Shown: one piece after another, positions 12,001 to 24,000 of the stretch
Numbering within the stretch: the stretch's first letter is position 1
How the letters are laid out: every line of letters starts with the position of its first letter
NCBI GenBank assembly: GCA_040954595.2
Contig: CM082576.2
Coordinates: 10,481,129 to 10,545,128, forward strand
Length of the DNA stretch: 64,000 nt
Direction of reading: 5' to 3'
Source: Balanoglossus misakiensis
Lineage: Eukaryota > Animalia > Hemichordata
Made by a program: the position numbers and the translations under genes
The notes under the pieces: model-generated
What the model saw: the letters and a program-made list of their open reading frames with translations, nothing else
Database searches by the model: none
Told to the model about the DNA's origin: nothing

Positions 12001-15000
12001 CAAACCTGTCTATACAGGGCAGTCAAGGGACTTTCCCAAACTGTCTTTTATAGACAGGTCAATTAATGCATATTAAGTAAATTGCACATAGTGGCCATTA
12101 TATAGAGGTGGTTACTAACACAAGTTTGACTGTAACACCATATTCTCCAACTTCACCCCGTTTAGGTACTCCAGGCAGCTGCACAGGGAGGTGTCTCGCA
12201 ACAAAGACAGACTCCGATCAACTTCTCAGACATAGCGTCCAACGACTATGATCCGCACGTGTACATAGATAACGTCAGAGATGTTTATTTTAGCAGTGGA
12301 GCAAATTCTCCAAGGACGCCTGTCCAGTTAGAAGGCATTGAAGATTTTTACGAAGGTAAGTTTTTTTAAGTCGCAACAATAGATGGTGCAGATATGCAGT
12401 TGGCTGTCTAAGAGTCAATCGTACAAACAAAATGACTGTTGCAAAGTTTGTGAGATTTTCTTCTTGATTCGCTCAAAATGCATCATTTCTCTTTTGCAGA
12501 TGATTCGCTTTTAGCACCAATCATCAGTGATTTTCACAGAAGATCTGCTGATGTAGTTAGAATAGCTGCAAAGACCGTGAGTATATGTTACATCTCAGTG
12601 ATTTGCTTATCTGTTTTGTCATAAGAGGTTGTCTCATTTGTTTGTGAAATTGCTAATAAAAAGAGAGCCAAACTTCGATATTACAAGAAATTTTCATAAA
12701 CCAAGAACACAATATGCACCATTTTCTCTGTTCAGTCCCCAGTTTCACCAACTCGTGATTTCATTTTCTTTTCTATCCCAGGTGATGTCCCATCTAATGA
12801 GCCATCTTGGTCACTTTCCATTGGCCTGTGGGCCGGCCAGGATTAACACTTTAGTGGGCGAATACCACTCGAACCCCGCAGTTGATGTTGATGAACTTTC
12901 CACTGAGCTTTTTTCCTGTCCAAATGTACAGTTTTTTGTGTGTAATAATTCATTTTTGATGTCCTGTGTGGAAATTCCAGCTGAGGTGAGTCAAGTGGTG
13001 GGTTGAATTCATTCAAAGTGGTTGGCATTCTCCTATACGAACTTTACAGAATTTTCAGGTGTTTTTTCTGCTAGCTTCTCCGATTTTACGAGGTTTACAT
13101 TGTATAGTGAGCATTTTCTAATTCCTCTTGATTGGTTGGTTTGATTATTGATTGATTGATTTTGATTGATTGATTGATTTATTTATTTCAGCTGGATGCA
13201 CCAGGGGGCGGTGTCACAGCAGGTCTGACAACGGCCAAGACGCAGTGTAGGGTGATCATTAGGGATTTAGCCGGTAAATTTGTGTGGGACTCAGCCATAC
13301 TTTATGGACCCCCGGAATGTGCAATATACACCCATCCAGGTCAGTGTAGTTGATCTGTCATTTTCAGATTTTAACGACAATAGTTGTTTACTCTTGAGTC
13401 TAGTGGTGGAAGCATTGCAAGCACATTGGTTGGCGATCAGCTTCTGTCATTTAACGGGATTGGTTTTAATTTGTTTAGGAAGTGCTTGGTATCTGTGTAG
13501 GAAAAAAAGTTTTTGATGTCCACCATACTCATGTCATTTGAATAGTCAACATTTTCGTATCATTGCTGCCAAAATCATGTACAATGAGCATAATAATAAC
13601 AACCAAGAAATGGCATCTTCTGTATGTGCCATACATTGATGTGCATTGACTGCTAGTGTGTGTGTGAAGATATTGATGCATGTATAGACAGAAAGACAGA
13701 CACACACACATATATAGTACACAAAATAATTTCCCATCTGCCATCCTCGCTCCAGATTTACTGGGTGGATCCAGTTCCTTACACAAGGCGAACACGTCGC
13801 CGGATGTTTTCAGTCAGAGTCCAGATCAGAGGACGTCCCGCGAAATGTTGGTGCGGCAACGGAGCAAGTTGCCGTCGTGGGAGGACACAGAGGAGACCCA
13901 CGATGTGTTAGATGAGGTGAGGTCGAAACTTCAATCCCGTGAAGTACAGTCTTACTTAGTGGTGTCCCCCCCCCCTCCAAGAATTTCTGATACGTTATCT
14001 GCTTATTTACATGTGACAGTACTATTATTGTATAAACTAAGGTTTGCTAGCACTCTAATATCAACAAATTTATGCTTGAGCATAAGCTGAAGAAGGAGAC
14101 TACACATCTCTGAAGGCTTATGCTCCAGGATATTAAATCAATTGATCTCATTGCTATCAAACCTTAGTCTATATTGTATTGAAGATCAGCATGACTACAG
14201 TACTTTTTAATGCTATAAGAAGTTTCTATTGTTTTTTTTCAAGAAATACCAATAATCAAATATCCCCTCGATTTCTCAGAGGAGAACACTGCAAACCAGA
14301 CCCAACCTCACAGCATCCCCTGTTAGATTCTTATCCACCCTCAAGATGATTTTTTTTCCATTTTTCACATCTGATCATTAACACTAGCGAAAGAACTAAA
14401 TCTATGTGCTCTGTCTTTGGGACCACTACTGATAAATGACCCGTGATTATTTCTTTCCCTCTCAGATGCTGCAGTACATCGGTCACACGAGCAGTGAGTG
14501 CCTGCAGAAACCTGGCCAGCCGTTGAACATCCCGGCCACTCCACCGGAGGAGATCACGTCACAGATGCAGGCGTCCATCAAATCGTACCTGCTCAGACAG
14601 TACGAGGTGGAGGAAGAGTACGTACAGAGGCATGGCACTGACACAGGGTGAGTAGGGATATTGACAATTTGATGATTAAAGATGTACTGTCTCCAAACTG
14701 GAAGTTTCATTGAAAGCTGTGCCTGGATGTTCTATTTGACAAATTATAATTTTATTCCGCTGTCAAAAAAGACATTGGTTGCCAGGGTATTGATGATGAA
14801 GTGAAATTTTGATGACACACTCATTCAGAATTCAGAAGTGTTGGTTCCCTGACTGAGTATGATGAACTTGCGTGATTCTTTCAGGATGGTGTCTAAACCC
14901 CAGCAGCCGTGGCCACACAAAGAACCAGCGTCGCCTTTCTACATCTGCAGGCTAATGTTGAGTCAGCTCGGCATGATGGCGTGGGAGAAGAGGTAAAATT

Positions 15001-18000
15001 AATTTCTGTGTCCATACTGGACAAGAAGTAATATGTTGTATAAGATTTGCTTGCTTCTGATTATAGTTTTGTTAACATTGATTGTGAAAGTTATTACATG
15101 TATTAAAGCTCCATTCCTGTAGCTTTACTGTCCCTTTAACCCTTTCACCACCATTGGTTTGGCCCAACTCCATTGTTTCCAGTGGCAGTGTCGGACCTCT
15201 AAACATTGAAATGGTGGTGAAAGGGTTAAAGTCTATGGCCCAAGCTGAAAATAATGAGAGGCAAGCATGGCAAAGTGTGTAATCAAGAGATGGTGTATAA
15301 TTTGCAGCATGTCTGATTTTTTTCAATGAGATTCTTCTGTGCACACTGGTTCAATAAGTCTTGTTGAAGTCAGATTATTGAAGCACAGAAATTAGTGATT
15401 CGAATCCTAATTGATGCAATGATCTTTCTTGTCTGCAGAGCAAACTTTGACTTACTTAAGAAGAACGACAAACTTGTCAGGGAGCTGAAAAACCTGGATT
15501 CACAGTTGTGGTGAGTGCAGTGCAGTCTTTCTCAAAATAATCCATGTGATCGGTTGGGGGGTCACCGTGTATGCAAAATTTAGAATGAGATAGCAAAATT
15601 GTCTCGAATGATGAAAACAAGACAGTGTACACCCTGTTTTCTCCTTAATACCTTCAGTAAGACTCCTTGTACACTGTAATAATATATCAAAGAATTGAAA
15701 AGTTTGAAGAACTTTCTGTAAATCTGTCTCAGAGGTGCATACACTACCTTAAGCAGGTACGTCATTCGTGTTATAATCGCATCCTGTCGTCCATTTCAGC
15801 CGAGAAACACACAAGATAGCTGTGATCTACGTAGCTGAGGGCCAGGAAGATAAGAACTCGGTGTTGACAAACAGTGGTGGTAGCCAGGCTTATGAAAACT
15901 TCCTCGCTGGATTAGCCTGGGAGGTAGGCAAAGTTTTGTATTGAATTTTGCCAAGAAAGGGCTTTCCCTGTGCCCATATGGCTGTATTTCTCACCCTTCC
16001 AAGAATCTCTTCATTTAATCTGCTGTGTGTATTTCTTCTTATCCCTGAATTTAGTCTGAAAAAGAAACTTTTTTAGGTTTTGAATTTCAGGACTAACGAC
16101 TTAAAATGAAATGTATACTTTGGTAAAAATGGCAAAGTAGCATTATCCCCAGTTTGTAATCGGGTTCAGCCTGGACTGTTTAATGTCAGTTTTGAGAAGG
16201 TGTCGGTTTTAAGTCAATTTAATACCGGTGTATGCTGTTTAGGGTGAGAGTCAGACAAGTTTTGCCAGTGAGTTGTGAGGCTAAACTGAAAATTTGTGTT
16301 GGGGGATTATAATCGTGTGTGTTGATGTGTGGAATCAGCTCTGGTCCCAGCTGGAACTCTTACAGCTGATGTTGGGCAGTTGCAAGATTAGACACGGCCT
16401 CGCTGTTAGAATTAAAGTACTGTCAACTAGGTTGGCCCAAAGTTGACCTTTGAATTCGAATGATCAAGTGTGGATGCAGACCAAATCTTAGCATCACTGA
16501 GAATTGTTTTAGCCCTTGTTAGGTTGTGCATAAGTTGTACCCACGTGAATGTGACTTTAAAAGTGTCAGATTAGTTGGCAACTATTTCAAAATAAGTTCT
16601 TGAAAAATTCATGAAGGAAAGTGAAACCAAACATAACATGGTGGTCTTTTGTTTGCTGTACAGGTTGACTTGACAACACACACTGGCTTCATGGGAGGCT
16701 TGCAGAGAAATAAAAGTACAGGGGACACCGCTCCGTTCTACGCTACATCAATCTCCGAAGTCATCTTTCACGTGGCAACGAGAATGCCAACTGCACCCGA
16801 TGACCTGACGAAAAAGGTAGGCCTTCTGCACAAAATGCTTTAAATAAAGCTCTTTTTTAAACTTTCTCTCAATCAATGCAAATGTTGCAGAAACTTCTCA
16901 AAATCCGTAAATTAAGTTTGCAGGTTTTCAAAAAGGGTTCCAACCTTGATATCATCATGCATTGTGCCAATAACCATAGAGGGCACTGTTTCATGCGTTC
17001 CATTCGCCATGCCAGAGGCTTCTTACAATGCCGCAGTTGTTGTTTTGGTAATGGTATGTCTCCCTCTAGTGGCAGAAGTGAGCTGAATGACAAGTCAAAC
17101 CTGGCAACCCTTGGCCTACGTTGTAGAGAAAGCAATCCTTCATCGTTTCAATTTGTAAATCATCGCACAAACCTGTTCAGCTCAACTTAATGGAGCTTTA
17201 AATAAACCAAGAATGTTACTTTGGCATAATAGTACAACAACATGTGTCGTGCTAGTGGAGATGTCAACATTTTATTGAGCAAGATCTTTTGGATGTTCAG
17301 TCATCTTTTTATACCAAACCGTTTTTTCCGTAATGACGAGTTTCTGTAATAGGCAAATCAACTTGTGTGAAATTTGCCCCCTTCATCCCAACCACAATAA
17401 AAGCTGAATTTTTTGGGGGAAAAAGTGGTCTTTTTGTATTGTATCATATTACTTTTATTTAGTATATCAGCACCTGCAAAAAGTCCACTTTTTTGTCCCA
17501 CCTGTTCTGCTGTCAACAAAATAAAGCAGGCTTTATAGTGAAATAGCCAGCACAAAAATATTTACGAATTTTCCGTAGCAACCACAGCACAGGACTGTTT
17601 GTCTCATTCATTACTAATGGATTATAGGAATGCGGGCAAATGGATAATGTGCAACAGATTGAAGCGCTGCACTGAGTTCTTGTGGTCAATTACTGCACAT
17701 AGAAAACAGGAAATAAAATCTACCTTCTTCACGAACTAATGCTGCTGACATCTCTTCCAGAAAAAAAAACATGCCACGGCACAGAATTTTTTTTGCTATG
17801 GAAAGAGCGATGGAAGTCGAAATAAGACATGTCACATTAGCAAAGATTATTGCCACTTTATAAAATCAAACAGTTTGAATTTTATTGCTCTATTTAGGCT
17901 TTTAAATGCAGCTTTTTATGTTGTTGTCTCTCTCTCTCCTCCCGCGTAAATGCAGTCAGTAACAGGCTACATTAGCCAGGAAACATCCTGCTGGTGAATC

Positions 18001-21000
18001 ACAGTGTTGAAAACTGACTGCAACGGAGACACAACAGCATGTAATGCACACCATCCCACCGCAGCGTTGAATACCTTTCAGGGAAATTGCCTGAAATTCG
18101 ATCCAAGTAATTGAAACCATAAATGATTCAGGGACTAAAAACGACGTAAGCTGCCGTTAAGTACGCCGCGCCGAGCGAACGCAAAGCGAATCATGCTTTT
18201 CTGGGATCAAGACGGCAAAAATCGGAGCTCCCAGCAGATAGTCGTCGGAGGGAAAAAAAAAGAAGTGAAAGGAAGAGACAATCTCCCTCGTCCTTGCATC
18301 AATAATCCTCTTTTGACACTGCCAGTTAACACTTCTACAGTCGAAGTAGGCATAGCACAATGCTCTGTGCACAGGGTTTAATAAACGTGTTTCTCTTCAC
18401 TCCCACAGTTGCGTCACCTAGGAAACGACGAGGTTCACATTGTGTGGTCGGAGCACACACGTGACTACCGGCGCGGAATCATCGCCACCGAATTCGGCGA
18501 TGTGCTGATTTGCATCTACCCTCTGCCCAATCAACTCTACAGGATTCAGATTCAGAGAAAACCAGAGGTATAAGATCCCAGTCTAGTTATAGGTTGAAAA
18601 TCTGCATTTTCTTTGTCACTCAGGGTTTGTACGCTCCTTGGGAACATCCTGGAAAGTTGTGAAATTTGAAACCACTCATGGAAAGTTCTTTTTATTGATG
18701 GAAATAAAGGGACGTAAACTCCTGGAAAGTCAAGGCAAATTTATTTGGCCTCTTATTCTGTCATAAAATTTACACTGTTTATGCTATAACCACAAAATTG
18801 AGATCATCATTAAGAAAATTATTGCACAGTCACTCCTTAACTTTTTTAGACATAAAAAAAAAGGAAACAGCCTCCAGGATAATTCTGGAACAGTTGCGTA
18901 CATGAACCCTGTTTGATGGGATAATTGCCTGATACTTGTCTGGTATTGATGGTTTCTTTCAATATTGGCCATCTCTGAAATTTGATTCCTTCCGTGGGTT
19001 TACTCTTTCCACCATTTTAATGAAGTTTAATGCATGTGACAACAATACATCCTCTTCAAAAAATGAATGATTGACATAACGTGGTGTTCGTTTTCAAATT
19101 GTCCGCATGTACTTGGAGTTCAGTGAACTGAGTTCATGTGCGTTCCAATGACTCTCTCTGTTGAAATCTTGAGTCCAAACAAAAGATATTAAATTCACTG
19201 ATTGAATGAAATTCTACAGTCGCTGTGCTTTGTTTGGAGATAAACTTCATTAATCATGTTTGCCAACAACAACATAACTCACGTTTTTGAAAAAAATGCT
19301 GGCTCAGCTAAATTCACAGTCTCATATTTGTACACACCTAGTGATCCTTACATATTAATACAGATCTTGGTAACACTTACAGAGAGCAGAATTTGTTCAA
19401 CATTTTTACCGATCGTACAAAGATTAATTCCTTACAAAGGTATGGCTACATCTTTCAACAGGTGCAATTCTTCGGGCCGCTGTTCGACGGTGCTATAGTT
19501 GGTCACAAAGTGCTGCCCGGTCTGGTGAGAGCCACTGCCATCAATGCAAGTCGTGTCAAGAGATCCTCCATCCCCATGTACCAAAGATTGTATCCTTTCT
19601 CTGACATAGTAGTTTCTCGGTCCTGCCAGAATGTGCGGCGTTACCGCTTTAAGTCTGTCTTTAATTAATAAAGAATTGCAATCAACAGGTGGGTCTTCCG
19701 TTTGTCGAACATCAGGTAGGTGACCCGTTTTTTTGTCACCCTCCTTCATGCGTCATACCTCCCCGTCATCAGCACTTTCTGCTGTATCCTTGAACGCATA
19801 TTTTTAGATTTTGTTTTGTTCGAGTGCATTTATTGCATTAGGCAGATAGTCCATCATTGTGATTAGCTATGTATCAGTATTGAACCCACATCGGCATGTG
19901 GTGGCGCGTGACATGGCTCAGTCAGTTCCGCGCAGAGGACGACTGTGAGAAATCGCTTTTCAAATGCAGACCACATTGTGGATAAACAGGAGCATTTGTA
20001 CCCCTCCTCCATCATATACAACACATAACTGTTCCATGATTATTTGTCACTTCCATAAATATCTTGCTCGACATATCACCGGAAACTTAAGCAGCTAGTC
20101 TTATAGAGCGTTCTCATTGTAACGTGTTCACCGGTGCCACACTGCCCCAGATACGACTCCGACGGGGATAACAAAGTGAGAACGCTTTTCGCCGGTGCTG
20201 CGCCGCGTTAATTTTCGACGTCGATGAGGGCCAGTGTTTGGACGCAAATATACTGTGAGAAGGCAAAGATAATCTGATTATAGATCTGTGCCATGTTTGA
20301 TGACATTAATGTCATCAAAAGATAATGTTATTGTGCGTGTGGCTTGACTGTGAGAATTTTTTTTCACAAGGGGGGAAGGTAATGCCTTTAGAGCTCGAAA
20401 TGGTCTCAGAGACCTTGCCTTCTGTGTGCGGCTTTGGTGTCGACGCTGGTGCCTCGTTTGTTCGCAGTGGCGCATTTTCTTCTGGGTCAATTAAAAAAAA
20501 CATGCATCCCAGAGTGAGAGTGCAGCCGATTTGCTTTCACACAAAACTCTAGACAATAGAAAACACAACTGCTAACTTTTTATTGCCCCTCACAATGAAC
20601 TTGAATGAAGTCCACGTCGTCTAAATAACAATGGCAGATCTCTGGTAATGTCCACTGGAGACAGCCAATAATGCACTTAATTAAACTTAATATTCGGGTT
20701 TAGATAAATACAGCGACGCACAGCTGTTTTAGGTCATGAAATCGGAAAATCGGATTAATCGTTGAAGCGCCAGCTGACAAGTTCATCGTGGATTGGCTCA
20801 GTGTAGTATTACACCCTTGCTACTCAGTTTGTCCAGAAAGACACAGTTGTTTGACTTGTCATGGCCAATTGCTTTGATGAGGTGCGAATTGTAAAGCTTT
20901 GTGTCACGTCGTCGGTCGTCGGTCGTCGCAGAGTGGCCTGTTCGGGAGCGGAGCGCTTCCTGAAAACACGGGCTCCAGGAAGTCAAACCGAAGTGTGTTA

Positions 21001-24000
21001 ATTGTCACTGCATTGCACGTTAAATCAGAATTCTGCGCAGTTTATATCAAAGAGGGAAGAATACTGCCTGATTAGGGTGTTCCGAGCGAAGAATTAATAG
21101 CAGTTATTGATGCTATGATTTCACATGAGTGTTTCTTTTTAACCTTACCACCCCCAAGTCCCTGTGTTCAGGTCCAACTTTGATCATTGAAAAACAGCGG
21201 GATTGGACCAAAATTCTGCTGATGAAAGGTTAAAATGTTGCTCCTTGCGCCCCACGGTTATGGAGTCTGAATTTGACGGGCTACTGCGTGGTGAGGAATG
21301 TGCAGTGCATGTCAACATGTTCCATTTTCTTTTGTGTATGACATGTGTCATAACTGTCCACAGATAATGAATCCATCCACCACAGGCACGATTAGTTGAC
21401 ATTGAACATGATTTTTAATACACAAGTGACATTTCCCTTAAAGGAAAGCGTGGGCCTTATTAAACATGTACGTCATAGTTCAAAATAATCGTGTTTCAGT
21501 TAAGTCCTCTCTATTGAAATGTGTTTTTGTTCCTGTTTCTTGTGGTAACCTGTTATTGCGTGTGATAACCTATTAGTGTTGAACTTGGTGAAACACGCTG
21601 AATCCGTACAAGTGTACCCAGCAAGTTCAGATCCCGAGTTTGTGAATTGATGCCATCATAGTGCAGAAGATGTACCTGCCAGTACGTCCAAACCCGGTTT
21701 ACAGCTGTGCATCAGTATTAAAGCATTTCAAGGGGCTCAACACTGTCAGTGATGGCACATTCATCTAATCCCTGCTCTCGTTAGAATGTTTGCTGTGTTT
21801 TTTTTTAATTCATTCATTTTTAAAGATAGCACAGTGTTTTTGAAACCCACACCAAGTGTGACGTCAGAATTGAAGCTTCTAGGTGTGTAAGGTACAGTGA
21901 AACACTGTGTGTGGAAATGACATTTGAGAAAAATTAAACCATCTGCCATCGGGGGTGGGGTGGGAGTGGGGGGTTGCTTCCCTATGAAATTCACCACACT
22001 CGCCATCACCGGATACATAATACATCAATGATCAACTTCTGACATTTCACAGCTTTGTCCTTCGTTATTTGACTCTGTGAGTTTTTGAAACACTTGAATG
22101 TGCAAGTCTGGACGCACTGCATCCACTGGCCATCTGTTGCAACCAGGATCAATTAGTACACCAGTGTAAATTGTGTGAATTTGCACTCTGCACAAAGTCA
22201 CCGGCTTACATCCAACGGAAATCAGATTAAAATCTAATATATTTGCCCCATTGATTTTTCGGCAAATTATGAGGGTAATTTGGAATGCACCCGTGACAGC
22301 CCAACAAAGGCATTTTGTGTGCATTAACCTTTGGAAATGTTTGCAGAATGTTACTGGTGGAAGTTCACGCATAACGTGATACTGGCTTTTAGTAATGTCA
22401 TATGCTGCCATAGGTGTCAGACCGTGGAATTGTAAAGCTGTTACCGGCAGTACTGGGATCTCGTCAGAGGATAGGCTTTCAGCAGAAGTGTGATTGGCAC
22501 TTCACTATATCATCATTCATCACAGCGCCAACATTATTTTTGCTCGCATCATCAACAGAGACCGTATCTCTGAGCGTATTAATAATGTACTGGCCAATAT
22601 TTTTCATATTTGTGGTCTTTGTTTTAGGCCATGTGGACATAGTCTCAGTGGTATAATTAGTGGATTAGGCGCCGTGCGTCCATCCTTGATACAGCTTCAA
22701 CATGAAGTATACAATTGCCACATCCAGCCTACCGGTAGCTGGGATATATAACGACACAATGTTACATGGTAGAGTATCAAAAGTGGTAATAACAATAAAA
22801 TAAATTAAAATATAAAGAAGTACTAATCTATTTTTATCACATATTTTTCCTTCTGCTGAAGGCATCGTAAATATACCTGCAGTATCATAATATTTTTGTC
22901 ATTGGCATTTTTGAAATAAACAAAAACAAAGAAGTCGTGATTGGATGAGTAAATATTTTTGGCCTTGCTTAATCTCCCGGGGATTCATGAGAGACAAAAT
23001 TAACCCAAGGTCTACTGTTTGAGGTCAGAAAAACAGAGTTATCGTGATTTGGTAAGCACATTGGCTTCTACAAAACTGGCTGTTTGTTGTTTGCGGAAAC
23101 GATGAGGGTATTCGTTGTTTAATTTTAGTCATTCATCGTTCCACTGACGTCTTCATTGAAATCCTGAATTTTTTTTTTCCACGAGCACCTTGAGCGTGGA
23201 AAGTTCGAACTGTCTGCGACCAGGTGATGTAAGCGTTCTAAATCCCGTTGCTCGTCATATGTGCCTTAGATTCGAGGACATCTTCAACTTGTTTACAAGT
23301 CAGTCCCTGGTGTTTGATTCTTGTTGAAGCTATATTATCTCTAACTGCTTAATGGTTTGTCAGAATTTTCTTTAAGGCAGTACGTGCCTTGTACATCACA
23401 GCCTTACACCTTTTCTCATATTTGGCCCAATGCAACATAGATTACTAGTACTCCTTGTTAAAGTTGAGGATAAAAATTGCAAATGAGAGAGAAAAACTGT
23501 CTCGACCGGACCGCGGAAGATTTCAGTTTTTTTGACAGAATTTGTGTGCATTTGGAACTGCTTGTGTTTTCGTAACACAAATAATAACCTTGTAGTTTGA
23601 AGAACGAAAAATGTGTTTTTTCTTCTTCTATTTTTAAAAGACCTTTTGTACAGTGGTCAACATGCAGTCTTCACCTAGGCCCCTGAGATATGATGTGTCT
23701 CAATATACCAGGGTGCCATGGCAACCCGGCATACGTGTAAGCATGTTGAACACAACAGTGGCCTTCCTCTTGTTGCCAATTAGTGACAGTTTACACTCAT
23801 TTGTCGTGAACTCTTGGCTATTTCGTATTTGTGACTCGGGGCTGGTCAGTCCACTCTCCAGAATCCCGTAGGATTTTTCAGTAAAATGTTTCCATGCATG
23901 GATGAAGTTTCTTAGATACCGTGCAGTGTTCTTTTTTTTTTTGCAGAAATTTGCTTTGCAATGGTCCTAGAGATGGTCTGATGAATATCTGTTCCAATTT

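Noticed and set aside
18834-18849. U12 branch motif TCCTTAAC followed by TTTTTTAG
   Set aside because: It lies upstream of the only U12 donor, inside a U2 intron and a repeat, and the AG is too close to the branch site.
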